A stretch of DNA of 64,000 bases. Source: Mizuhopecten yessoensis (taxonomy: Eukaryota). The notes beneath the pieces were generated by a model, which did not search any database, was not told the origin of the DNA, and worked only from the letters and a program-made list of their open reading frames with translations. Location of the stretch: positions 1 through 64,000 of the forward strand of contig NW_018405598.1 in NCBI RefSeq assembly GCF_002113885.1. Direction: 5' to 3'. This document shows, in pieces, positions 27,336-40,546 of this stretch. Every line of letters starts with the position of its first letter. Position 1 is the stretch's first letter. The translations under genes were made by a program, and so were the position numbers.

Positions 27336-29006
27336 ATGTAGACATTGTAATAAAATATTGCTTCATGTTTGGTAGTTATCTTTTGTTCATTCTACTACAA
27401 AATGAGAAGTTTTGTCAAAATATATTATATACTTTTATGAAGAGAGACACTACACAACTTGATTGGTTTTGATAGACATTTACCAATTAAAAGATTATTA
27501 AGGACGAATAAGATACTATAATATGTAATGTTTAGTAAATTACCCCCCTTATGTATTTGTTTTCATCACATTACGTAAACAAGGCATATATATATCTGGC
27601 GTATCTTATAAAGACTATTTATATTTACTTGATAAAGTATGTGCAACAATAACGATCAAAACAGAGAAAAAACAACATAATTTGATTTAATCAAGTTACG
27701 TTTAATCTTCGTTTTAAAACTTCGTCATCATTGGCGTAAAACAATTTAAGAGGCATTGACATCATTTACGTTTGAACGCTGCCTTTTCAAGTCTCCTTTT
27801 CGAATTAAGATTTGAAGACTGAAAGTTTCATTGATAGAGATCATCTATGTGGACCTGGGTCACATTAAGTAACTCCAATACATCACACTGAGACCTTAGA
27901 TGGCAACATGACCTCGTGTTTTGTCATCTACGTTTTATACCGTTGTGTCTTTTGTACGGACCTAACTTATTAACCACAGTCGTTTTCACACACACTATCA
28001 TATTACAGTAACAGGCACTACTGCTTGGCATATTGCTTTGCACTGCACTAAGAATCCAGCAAGTTATCAGATGAATAATTGATATGAACTGGAGATAAAT
28101 CAGACAGATAGGTATCCTACTGACCTACACAGAGGTAGCCCGGTCCTACTGCCGGTAACGTGACCTTTCTATTGGTAGATAGCTAAGCTTTATTGTATCT
28201 TTATATCACTGACAGCGATACAGTGTTGTTATGTGACGTATCAATTTGGATTAAAGGAGAAGTTATAATAGGTGAAATATTTCAGATTCAGATGGACATC
28301 GTTCCTTAGACACGCCAACAAACGGAGGCAGTACCATAGAAAGGTCAATACAGAAGTAGCGTTCCACAGACGTGCCAACAGATGTCCTAGAACATTCCTG
28401 GTTCTTAAAAAAAACGCAACTCATTTTAAGTGTGAAACGAAAACAAAAGAAATATCAATGAAAATTGTAACACCAAGAACATAAATAGTAAGTCAAATCT
28501 CACATAAAATTAAAACACAGGATCCTAGGAGTATCAAAACAAACAAGGGGCATAACGAATACGAACATAACGTTTTGAAATTTAAAGAATCAGTCCGTTA
28601 TTACCAATTAGATATGTACATGTATGCGGGTGTTTTTCTCCCTGCAGTATATTATATCGTAGAAGAGGGTGTAAATACACCGTGACCTATATCGGATGCA
28701 GTGATTAAGTCAAGACAAACTACCAAGTGTTGAGGTCGATTGTAAGACATGTGTTTTGAGATAAATTAAATGAGGTCACAGTGATGAAATATCTAATAAA
28801 ATTATACTGCCTCGGCTAAGTGACTTCTCCTCTAGTGACCTCTGTATTCCCGGGTTCGACTTCTAGATGAAGAACTTGAAGAAGAATACTCAGTTTAATA
28901 TACAATAATAACTGTTACAAAATAGCACTGTACACATCTAGCAAAAAGTAATGTTTTGTTTCCGAGCACATATACTTTAAGGGGAGTAACTCTTAGATTA
29001 GTTGCN

Positions 29007-29373
29007 CACAACTAAAGGCTATTTACAATTCTAGCACGTCGGTGATGTTACGACACTTAGGTACCAACATTTAGAGAGATAAGAACACAACTAAAGGCTA
29101 TTTACAATTCTAGCACGTCGGTGATGTTACGACACTTAGGTACCAACATTTAGAGAGATAAGAACACAACTAAAGGCTATTTACAATTCTAGCACGTCGG
29201 TGATGTTACGACACTTAGGTACCAACATTTAGAGAGATAAGAACACAACTAAAGGCTATTTACAATTCTAGCACGTCGGTGATGTTACGACACTTAGGTA
29301 CCAACATTTAGAGAGATAAGAACACAACTAAAGGCTATTTACAATTCTAGCACGTCGGTGATGTTACGACACT
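29007..29373. repeat. 79-bp perfect tandem repeat x~4.6, starting at a single-N junction
   Basis: CACAACTAAAGGCTATTTAC at 29007, 29086, 29165 and onward, with identical units. Confidence 0.95.
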
Positions 29374-30530
29374 TTTCATCGATTAACCAATGGTTTAGCT
29401 TTGTTGGGTGTTGGAACGCATGCTCGTGCATGTCTAATCATTTCCACCGACACCTTAAATAAACTGACAGGCACAGGAAATTCGATTGATGCGTCAAGAA
29501 ATTATGGTATCAGCTGTGTGTTTGTTGCAATGAAAGTGAGGCATCACGTGACAAATGTTAACAGGCGCAAAAAACAGCCTAATTTGAATAATCGGATTAT
29601 CAAGGGCACGTTGTCTTGTAAGCACTGAAGTAAAATGAAAGTATATTCAATTTCATTTCCGTGTGATAGAACAGATATAATACAATATGTGTGTAAATTA
29701 TGTAAAACATATAAATTGAGAATCGAAAATGTCATTAACTCGGGATGAAGCGGTCTCCGTTGACATTTTCTCATCGTTTATTGCACAATGACACGCATGC
29801 ATGTGTTGAATACTTCTTAAATATACTCAAACAAATGACATCACAACATCAAATAGTAACGTACATACAAGCATACACATGTAAATAAAAACACAAGATC
29901 ATGAAGTTCATACAGCTTCATTGTATATACACTTCTGCATACACCACAAACTAAAATATACAGAAAAGTGTAAAAACTGTTTCACATAAAAAAAATAAAG
30001 CTAGCGGTAGCTAGTGTTCCTTTATTTATGAGACAGTGAATGCTGCAAGTGAGAAACAAAACGTAGTACATTGAATGCTATTTAAAACACTATTTTCTTG
30101 ACAAAAAATATTGCTTGCCCATCAATCCCCCTTAACTTTAATGTTGTAGAAGTTATCGGTAAATTTGTCTTTATTTCACAGGTTTGGTGTGCAATGGAAA
30201 AAGAAAAATTAATAAGCATCAACATTATTAATATCATGGCACAAGGGGGACCTCGCAAATAAGCTATCAGTTCTACATATATACATGTTGGTCGGCTAAA
30301 ATGCCCTGTATGTCTAAGGGAACAACGATTGACAGTCTCGTTGTTGATTGTGGTGATAGTCAAAGCATTGTATCAGGTTTTGTTTTCATTTATATCTGAA
30401 GATCCTGTTTCAATGACACGTGTTTTTGTGTTTTAACTCCTAGCATTACAGATAACATTTTCAGCAATTTGTGATTTTTGATCATTAATCGCTAATCTGA
30501 GTTCCATAAATATTCCTGCGTCATATATGT

Positions 30531-30740
30531 AACAAGAGGCCCATCGGGCCTGCATCGCTCACCTGGTATAAATCTCACACTTGTAACCTTAAAAGTGATC
30601 TAAAATAAAGCTACAGGCAAAATAAAATATCAGTATTTATGATTAAAATTCATTCAAAAGAACCTGTTATTTTGTTTTAAACATTTCACCCCTGTGATTA
30701 AAAGTCGAACAGAGTCATTATGTTGAACACATTTTATAGT
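30531..30740 (-). mobile_element. Truncated HINE-like element end (duplicate of the 30949 copy)
   Basis: AACAAGAGGCCCATCGGGCCTGCATCGCTCACCTG terminus, cut off at the N at 30741. Confidence 0.65.
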
Positions 30741-30948
30741 NAGGATTGACAGTCTCGTTGTTTATTGTGGTGATAGTCAAAGCATTGTATCAGGTTTTTG
30801 TTTTCATTTATATATGAAGATGCTGTTTCAATGACACGTGATTTTGTGTTTTAACTCCTAGCATTACAGATAACATTTTCAGCAATTTGTGGTTTTTGAT
30901 CATTAATCGCTTATCTGAGTTCCATAAATATTGCTGCGTTATATATAT

Positions 30949-31656
30949 AACAAGAGGCCCAATGGGACTGCATCGCTCACCTGGTATAAATCTCACACTT
31001 GTAACCTTAAAATGTTATAGTCTTTCATCTCAGGATGCAACTTGCAAAGTATCAATATCCTGGGACCCATGGTTATTCAGAAGAGGTCGTTTAAAGATTT
31101 TAAACAAATTTGACCCCTGTGACCTTGAATATAAGCCAAAGCTTGATCCCAGCATGCTACTGACGACTAAATATCAACATCCTGAGCCTTTTGGTTATTC
31201 AGAACAAGTTGTTTTGGTTTATTTTATATTTTGAACATATTTGCTCATTGTGACCTTGAATATGATTCAAGGTCATACATTTAAACAAACTTGGTAGCCC
31301 TTCAGCCAAGCATGCTACTGGCCAAATATCATCTCCCTGGGCAGTTTGGTTATCGTGAAGATGATGTTTAAAGTTTTTTACATATTTGACCCCTGTGACC
31401 TTGAAAATGGGTGAAGGTCATTAATTTTAACAAACTTTGTCGCCCTTCATCCAAGTTTGCTTCTGGCCAAATATCATCACCCTAGGCCTTTTGGTTATTA
31501 GGAAGAAGTCGTTTAAAGTAAAATGTTGACGACGGACGACGGACGTCGGACGGACGGACGACGGATNACGACGGACGGACGGACGGACGACGGACGGACG
31601 ACGGACGCCGCGCACGCACAAGCTCACTTGGCACTTCGTGCCAGGTGAGCTAAAAA
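30949..31656 (-). mobile_element. Non-autonomous Helentron-associated element (HINE/DINE-like) with internal satellite-like repeats
   Basis: One end has the hairpin AGCTCACTTGGCAC-TTC-GTGCCAGGTGAGCT plus AAAAA (31621-31656), next to a (GACG)n microsatellite (31529-31607). The interior has repeats containing TGACCTTGAA. The other end has subTIR GCTCACCTG and palindrome GGCCCAATGGGAC. This matches the architecture known from bivalve HINEs. Confidence 0.8.
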
Positions 31657-32807
31657 TGGTTCCATTTTCGGTACCGTTCCATTTTTGGTACCCTAACCCT
31701 ATGCCTGAAGTTATAGAAATAATTATTATAGAAAAAAATGGTTTGTTTGGTTTAAATTCTATTCCACGAAATATAATATAGAATCTTATACCTAATTAAA
31801 ACACTATGTTGTCTTACACTGATTCTGTGTCCCTCGCTGTAAAACTGAGTGTATCGGGTTGACCTGCAGACTAACAAATACGCGTAATATTATATGGGCA
31901 ATTGCAAACACTGCTACATATGTGTGTCAATACAAATAAAGGTGCTCATTTTACTAGCATCTACACATATTTAAATATATTTATATCATCAGAAAAAGAA
32001 ATGCTTTCTTATGTGCAAGATTCACAAAATGAAGATGAAAGTAATAGAAGGGAGGCAACTCTTGCGCAAAATGTTCATATCATTCATTTATATTCCTCCC
32101 TCAATCTATCCATCCATCCGTTCATCCCTCTATTAAACCACTCGTTCGTAATAATATTATATTCGCGACTTAATGTTAGTCATCGTGTTACATTTTACCG
32201 AGAATGTGAATGCTTAGACGCAAAAATTACACGTAATCAACATACAGAGAGAGACGTTTTATCTCTTCGTGCTCATGTTAGACCAAAATACAATTTTAGT
32301 TCAAACACTTTTTATGCTCTCTACAATAAGTACATAAATATTACCACATAAGTACTAACTCTATATGATTGTTATATAGCGTCGACATATTTGACAATTT
32401 TTAACAAGGAGTAGACTAACCGCAGAGTAGTTATATCAAAGCCGGAAGACGTCAAACAATAGTTCCGGAGTAAGGTTCTCAGGTCGCCGGCTGACACACA
32501 GACTTGTTGTATTCGTGAGAGACTCATGTCGTTGGTTAATACACAGCGAGTCACCACATACAAGTGATATATGGAAGACATGGATATCCGTTGGATGACA
32601 TGTTCAAATATCTATTAATTGTATATGTTCGGATCGAAAGACATGTGCACAAACATTCCAAACAAACATAGCACACGCTCAAACATGAATTTCTCCCCAA
32701 ACCCTTCACGCTTAACCTCTCCACCATCCTTTTAATTCCTTTCAGCCATCACTTTCATCCTCTTTATCAACCCCTCTAACCGTCATTACTATCAAATCCT
32801 CTCCAAA

Positions 32808-34000
32808 CCATTCTATCTTCTCTCAACTCACACTTCCCACAACATTCTATCTTCTCTCTACAAACACTTCCCACACCATTCTATCTTATCTCTACCCAAA
32901 CTTCCCACAACATTCTATCTTCTCTCTACTCACACTTCCCACAACATTCTATCTTTTCTCAACTCACACTTCCCACAACAATCTATCTTCTCTCTACTCA
33001 CACTTCCCACAACATTCTATCTTCTCTCTACTCACACTTCCCACACCATTCTATCTTCTCTCTACTCACACTTCCCACACCATTCTATCTTCTCTCTACT
33101 CACACTTCCCACACCATTCTATCTTTTCTCAACTCACACTTCCCACAACAATCTATCTTCTCTCTACTCACACTTCCCACAACATTCTATCTTCTCTCTA
33201 CTCACACTACCCACACCATTCTATCTTCTCTCTACTCACACTTCCCACACCATTCTATCTTCTCTCTACTCACACTTCCCACACCATTCTATCTTCTCTC
33301 TACTCACACTACCCACAACATTCTATATTCTCTCTACTCACACTACCCACAACATTCTATATTCTCTCGTCCAACACTTCCCACACCATTCTATCTTCTC
33401 TCTACTCACACTACCCACACCATTCTATCTTCTCTCAACTCACACTTCCCACAACAATCTATCTTCTCTCTACTCACACTTCCCACAACATTCTATCTTT
33501 TCTCAACTCACACTTCCCACACCATTCTATCTTCTCTCTACTCACACTTCCCACAACATTCTATCTTCTCTCTACTCACACTTCCCACAACATTCTATCT
33601 TCTCTCTACTCACACTTCCCACACCATTCTATCTTCTCTCTACTCACACTTCCCACACCATTCTATCTTCTCTCTACTCACACTACCCACAACATTCTAT
33701 ATTCTCTCTACTCACACTACCCACAACATTCTATATTCTCTCGTCCAACACTTCCCACACCATTCTATCTTCTCTCTACTCACACTTTCTACAACAATCT
33801 ATCTTCTCTCTAATCACACTCCCCACAACAATCTATCTCCCTCTACTCACACTACCCACACCATTCTATATTATCTCCTCCAACACTTTCCCCACCATTC
33901 TATCTTCTCTCTAATCACACTTCCCACAACAATCTATCTTCTCTCTACTCACACTTCCCACAACAATCTATCGTCTCTCTACCAACACTTCCCACATTCT
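32808..34000. repeat. 34-bp C/T/A-rich minisatellite (CTCACACTTCCCACAMCATTCTATCTTCTCTCTA) x~35
   Basis: Period of 34 (e.g. 33001 to 33035). The top strand has almost no G. Confidence 0.97.
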
Positions 34001-36244
34001 ACATTTTCTCTTCAAACGCTTTGCACAACATTTTATCATTTCCTTATCACCACCACCCGTATTATTCTGCATTCTCTCTGCCAACACCTCTTCCAACTAC
34101 TCATCTCTGTTCCAATCATTCCCACAACAAACTATCATATATATATCAAAAAACCATTCCCTCTATCACCAGTATGCCTGTTCCTCCTAACTGTCAAAAT
34201 TTCATCTTAACCAGACATCTTTTTTCTCTACTTCATCCTCCCTTACCATATGCCTATCACTATCACAATCGTTTGCTCTCCATCATCTCCCTTACCCACC
34301 CCTTAACCAGATTCTTATATCAGCCATTTTCTTTCATTGCTCCATTATCACCAAACATTCCGTATCCTCCATTCTCATTATCTCAGCTTCAGACTCCTCT
34401 CCTCATAACATAAATCATTTTATTATAGATACAATTCACCATCGCGCTATCGCAATGAGGCAAAACACCAACATACCATGTATTCAACATACACAAATGC
34501 ACGCATGCAATGCACACATAGAGAAACGTCCTTAAATGAGCTGTTAATAGGACGTTAAACATAATAAAAACTTACCAAACCTCACCATATTTATTAGCTT
34601 TTGAGTTTGTTTTCATTCTACTAAAACCTATCACAGACAATACCACCCATTCAGAGAACATTTTAGAGGTTATTAAATTTCTGTGAAAACGCCAGATGTT
34701 GTACAGGCTTAGCAAATATTATCCATCGTACTTACCTCGAAATTATTTTATGTTAATATATTTTGTTTAATATATATTACTTTTTACAGACTGGGAGAAT
34801 GTCAATATATTATGAATATAAATTATTAAAACACTGAGGGACGCTGGTTCGAATCACAGTATATCACAATGTATATTCGTTTCGCCTTATCTCCTACTGC
34901 AAGTACATATACGCTAGTAAGATTATTTTCCTACGTGCATAAAATGTCATGTTTTTGTTGCTGCGTCACCACAAAACAGATTTACGAGTTTGATCGTGTG
35001 ATGACCCGTCTGTTTCCATGGTATGCGTCTAGTGTATATCAAAGTATCAACATTAAGTGATTATAATCCAGCGGCAGGGGTAAGTAGTCGCGAGGATATT
35101 AATGGGTATTGATTGGTGCAAACCAGTGCATGATTGAATAGAGTTTAAAAGGTTGTATTGATGCAATATGGTAAGATAATCAGAATATTAAACTTTCATT
35201 TGCGCGAAAGACAGCGATGTAAGCAATGTTATAATAAATATTAAAAGTCGACGGCGTCAACTTTTTTTTCCGTGTCACATCAATCGCGTTAAGTATATAT
35301 AGAGGATATTAAATGTTTTCCCGTCGAATATCATATATAATTCATGAGTACGGCAGAGTACCGATAATTTTTCTCGAGTGCAAAGCGAAAGAGAAAATAT
35401 CTGTGTATTCTGCCATACGAGGTAAAATATCAATTTTGACATATGCCACAGTGTGAAAGATCTCATTTGTATTAAGTTGATGGAATCGATATTTCAGTCG
35501 CAAAAATGTAATAGATAAGTTTAGGAAACGCATGAAACGTTTTAATTCTTTCAATACGTTCGTGACTTTAAGACGAATTTGGTTTCGCATCCTTATGGAG
35601 CTGAATTTAAACAAAAGCTATTAAAAGACGATAGCTTTCATTTCAAATTCAGAGTTTCAATAACTAACTGCATCTCATTATCCTCAAGAGCATGTAATTA
35701 AATATTAATGAACTTACTGGCATTTCCTCCTCAGCTGAATATGTTAGTAATTACTTATAGGGGTAATTGTCACCTTACTATTCAACTCTCTGACAACCGT
35801 GAACACTTCTTGTGTTTTATGGTCTGTTTTCCTTTCCTCGTTAGTAAAATATCAGCCTTTCTTCTGCTTATAGTGTTTACAAATCGAATCTCTACTCAAG
35901 AGCCTGTTCTAGGTTTTGAATAGAAGCACCCCAGTCATTAAGTATCACATCAATAGTTACTGCATGAACAGAGGCTTAAGAGTTGGAGCATTTCGAGATA
36001 TGATGTTTATATAAAAAAAAAAATTGATTTTTAAGACCATATTGTTGCGGCATTAAAGCTGATTATTAATTCTTTCTCATATCACTATTGCTACGCCGTG
36101 ATGCTTCAGGCAAAAGGCAGTGTGAGTATTTCTCTGTTGTCTTTAATCTTTATAGTGAACCTTCTTAAACGATTTTCACTAGCTCCTTGCTTTTACTTGG
36201 ACGTATAGTGTAGTGTCACATCCGCAGGTAATCCCTTAATGAGA

Positions 36245-36462
36245 TTGGGTATACTGAAAGCTTAATTGCTTAATGTATATCTTGTATGGAGGCCATGCGT
36301 TGCCGTAAGACATGGTTGTGTGTATCAGGTGAAGCATGCTTGAATGAAAATATTTGGGTATACTGAAAGCTTAATGGTTTAATTATATCTTGTATGGAGG
36401 CCATGCGTTGCCGTGTGACATGGTTGTGTGTATCAGGTTAAGCATGCTTGAATGAAAATATT
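36245..36462. repeat. Two-copy tandem duplication (109 bp)
   Basis: TTGGGTATACTGAAAGCTTAAT...GAATGAAAATATT starts at 36245 and 36354. Confidence 0.92.
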
Positions 36463-38924
36463 CCAAAACAATATTGTAGAGTAGTGAAAGAAAACTGTCC
36501 CCGACATTGATACGGAATTCAATGTATGTCTCCCCTTAGTTTAAAACGGGTAAAGAACAACAGGAGAATACCGAAGAGTCGGCCAAACCATAATACGAAC
36601 TCAAAATCGATAAAGCTTAGACAAAATATAAACAAAATATAGGTTCACATGAATCCATTGGAAAAGTACAGGTATTACAAGACCAGGTGTTCCGCAAGGG
36701 TATGCGTTTTCTGCTACATCAATGACACTCGCTATGTGCATCAGTAACTAAATCTACGTCAATTCTAAGACGGAAGTAATGTGATGTTATCACATCGAGA
36801 ACTCGGGTAGTGACCGTGATACCACAAGGCACTCTTATTTTAAATATGCTATACACCAAACACGCTTGTAGTGAAGTGTTACTGATGGTCCTCCATGCAA
36901 AGTACTACTATGTTCGAGGGAAGAAATTATGGTTCGTCCACAATAGTCGACATGAAATCGATATTGACGATCAGACTTCAATATCAATATCAATTAATGT
37001 TAATTGGTCTTGACTTTAAATATCTCATAAAACAATCACAGTCGTACTCTGTTTGGGGTGAATGAAATTATTTAATTTGTACACGATGAAAGGAGCCTTA
37101 TTCCCGATCCTCCTCCTTTTCCCCTTACCCCCTCTCTCAATCTTTGCCCTTCTCACTTTTACTGCTCCATCATCCCCCGTCTCTGATTCGCATATGTCGT
37201 ATGTTAATATCACATTCGCTGGGGGTTTTAATGAAAATTTCTTATTCGTGGTTAACTATAAGACATGTGCACGTCCAGTAGGAAATAAATAGATCGTTGA
37301 CTAAACACATTTCCCTAAATGTTCGTATTTTATGCAGTTATTTAACTCAAATTTTGACAATTGTTTGTATCCATGCATTGTATATCGGTAGATAAACTAT
37401 ATAGTGGCCAACCTATTTTACGGGGTTTGTATATGTTCAGAATCGCGATTTCCTCCCAGGGCTTCCTGCCGTTATGCCTACAATCTACGCTGTGCAATTT
37501 TAGGGTCACCATTCTGATATGATTAGCATCTATGTCATTTCGCTATAATTAAAGATGTGTCCACAATCTCGGGTCGTTCATGATCGACATATTTCTGTCT
37601 GTCATTTGTTTGTTAGTATAGAACAGTTTTGAACCAATTTAGTTTTAACTTATTTAGCCATTCTACATGAAAGTTATCGAGATTTCTGCAAACAAATCAT
37701 CACTAGAAATATGAAGAAAAGGAAAATCTATTTAGGAATCAATGATATCGATGCGAAAAAATAAAGGGATTGAAACATAACGTCAACGTAGACAGGCTAT
37801 GCGAGATTATCTTGTTTATCCAGAACATCCTGAAGAAATGAGTATGATGGCCGTTGGTCAACATGAAATGGTAAAATGATTTTCATTTCACATCAATTAT
37901 AACAAATTTTGATCATACAACTGTTTTACGTCCTATTTACAGCTATGGTCAAACCGTGTGGGGTCAAATGTCTCCAGCTTTTCAGAGATTTACAAATCCT
38001 GAAATAGCATATAAATACACGTATCATGGGTTGGTAAGCGAAACTACCCTTTTAAAGAAACCTATGTGTGTAGCTTATGTTGATTCTTGTTCTCGATAAA
38101 CTTATCTTCATCCCTTTAAGTGAAGTTCTTACTCGTACCCAATTTAATCATTCTATGCCAGTTGGATGAGTTCAATCACCAGAACTTGTCTACGTTCCGT
38201 TGGGACTAGTACTCCGGTTATTGCAGTATAATGTACTTGAACCTTGTTTGACTTAAGGCGTTATCCATCGGATTCTTTTGCTGGCTGACTTTTCTTGTTT
38301 ATAGTGTCAAGCTTGATTGGAGTATCCAGGGATACGTATTGTTACATATAAGATGAAATACTGCTAAAAATAATAACAACTGCTACATTTGGTTCTTTCT
38401 TTTCTGACAGACACATAATCGTTTGACACTATATGACCTTATTGTGTTGATGGGCTGTAAAGGATACCAAATCACGCACAATAGTATTTGCTATTTGGTG
38501 ATCTATTTATCAAATTACGTTAGGTGGTTTTCTCTATCGGGGTGATATAGAGAGAAATCATAGTCATAAAAGACTAGAACAACAGTATGGACCGTTCTTT
38601 AAGCTCAAAGCAGATTTCCTGCTTGGGCGTGGAATTTCAAACGTCAATAAGATTTCTGGTTTTTCATATTGTTCAATCTTATACGAAAGTGTGATAAAAA
38701 TATCCTCATGCAAAAAACAAAACCATAAAACACCAGATAGGTCATGCCGGCTTGAATCGGTAATTGCGTTTTGAATTTGTTAAGAGAAATGAATGAGACG
38801 ACACATTTAAAAAAAAAACTGTGCCCATGTTGTAATTTCTTTTTTTACTAGAACTACCTTTATTGAAGTATTTTTCTTGTGTGAACCGATGGAGGAGGGG
38901 GTCAAATATGACCACTAGCTAGTG

Positions 38925-39118
38925 AGTGGTCGGGTTGCGCACCGGATAGCGCACTTGACTTTCACCAAGGCGGCCGGGGTTCGATTCCCTGATCGGACGT
39001 GGAAAGGTATTTGGTCACCTGCCCGCCAACGTGGTTTTTCTCCAGGTACTCCGGGCCAACATGGGTGATTAATATAAGTTTTAAAACTAAATTCATAATT
39101 GGTGTAAAATAAATCAAT
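38925..39118 (+). mobile_element. tRNA-derived V-domain SINE (internally deleted)
   Basis: tRNA-like head with B-box GGTTCGATTCC (38978-38988), V-core-like GTGGTTTTTCTCCAGGTACTCCGG (39031-39054), and an AT-rich tail ending AAAATAAATCAAT. Confidence 0.75.
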
Positions 39119-39179
39119 ATATAGTGCTCTCGATGTAACAATGGCCATATCTCTTATATTAATTATCTACACATTCGTT

Positions 39180-39702
39180 TTGATCAAAATGACCTCAGCT
39201 TAAAACCATTGATAAACACTGATCAAAATGACCTCGGCTTAAAACCATTGATAAACAGTAATCAAAATTGACCTCAGCTTAAAACCATTGATAACCAGTA
39301 ATCAAAATGACCTCGGCTTAAAACCATTGATAAACAGTGATCAAAATGACCTCGGCTTAAAACCATTAATAAACAGTAATCAAAATGACCTCGGCTTAAA
39401 ACCATTGATAAACAGTAATCAAAATGACCTCGGCTTAAAACCATTGATAAACAATAATCAAAATGACCTCAGCTTAAAACCATTGATAGCCAGTAATCAA
39501 AATGACCTCGGCTTAAAACCATTGATAAACAGTGATCAAAATGACCTCAGCTTAAAACCATTGATAAACAATAATCAGAATGACCTCGGCTTAAAACCAT
39601 TGATAAACAGTAATCAAATTGACCTCAGCTTAAAACCCTTGATAAACAATAATCAAAATGACCTCAGCTTAAAACCATTGATAAACAGTGATCAAAATGA
39701 CC
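39180..39702. repeat. 39-bp minisatellite (ATCAAAATGACCTCGGCTTAAAACCATTGATAAACAGTR) x~13
   Basis: Direct inspection. The 153-aa ORF with a 13-aa period is a by-product. Confidence 0.97.
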
Positions 39703-40334
39703 AATATGTTTATGCAATGAAGCTTGGCAATATAGTCAATATTTCGTAAAATATGTTATTTAAAACCAATAAACCATATCGGCCGTATTTATTTTTTAAT
39801 TAATTTGTTTACGGTATACATCTTATTTATCTATAAATATATTTATATTGAAAATAATTTGATAATTTGCCGACATGTCGTTAGGTTCATAAAGCTATAA
39901 GCATAACTGATGCACTGGACTGTTGTAATTTGTGTGTCCTACATAAGTAGGCTACAGAAGGTCGTGCGATGCTATTCAACTAGCAAGGCCGTCTATTTAA
40001 TATTAGTTTTACTCAGATATAGAGTACGGAATGCCTTAAGCAAGCTAATCCTAGTGGGCAAGGTATCGGCCCTTGGGAAATATAATCAATGAACCTGATG
40101 TAGCAAGTGCCCAGCGAAAATCCGATACTAAGTTGATGAGATAAAATGTTAAAATCGAAATGACCTTAAGCTAGAAAGAGAATGAAAGTCTATCAGCGAG
40201 ATAAAAATGTGTAATCGTGCTTTTTTCGTGATGGTTGTCATTTGTCCTGAAGATGTGATTGTTCTACAGCATGAATACGTATCACACCAAGAAAGTATAT
40301 GGAAATATAAAGGTAGGATCTTGTCATTTGTCTG

Positions 40335-40546
40335 TCCACAATTTGAAAAGTTTTAAACAATTAAACCTATCAAAAATGAACACGCTAAATGTTGTCGGAT
40401 AGTGGTATCGCTACATCTTTGCTGACAGCTTTACCAGAAATGGACTGGCAACCACGACGTCAGAACACGACTGTGGAACAGACAATACCAGTGCCGTGAA
40501 TTGTGATACGTCCGTTTACTTAGGAATTGACCAGGAGTTCATAAAG
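40335..40546 (+). other. Putative upstream (5' UTR) exon of the Amt gene
   Basis: TATAAA at 40306-40311, a GC-richer segment and a perfect donor AAG|GTAAGT at 40546/7. The first Amt coding exon is preceded by acceptor AGs (43232, 43262). The start coordinate is a guess. Confidence 0.45.

Noticed and set aside
27089-27472. His-rich repeat protein (IQYGHHDYHCT)n
   Set aside because: The 33-bp unit is open in several frames on both strands and has no splice or gene context.
26669-29373. CRISPR-like arrays
   Set aside because: These are head-to-tail tandem units with no unique spacers and no cas genes, in a eukaryotic context.
39288-39749. 153-aa repeat protein ORF
   Set aside because: By-product of the 39-bp minisatellite, with a non-ATG start.
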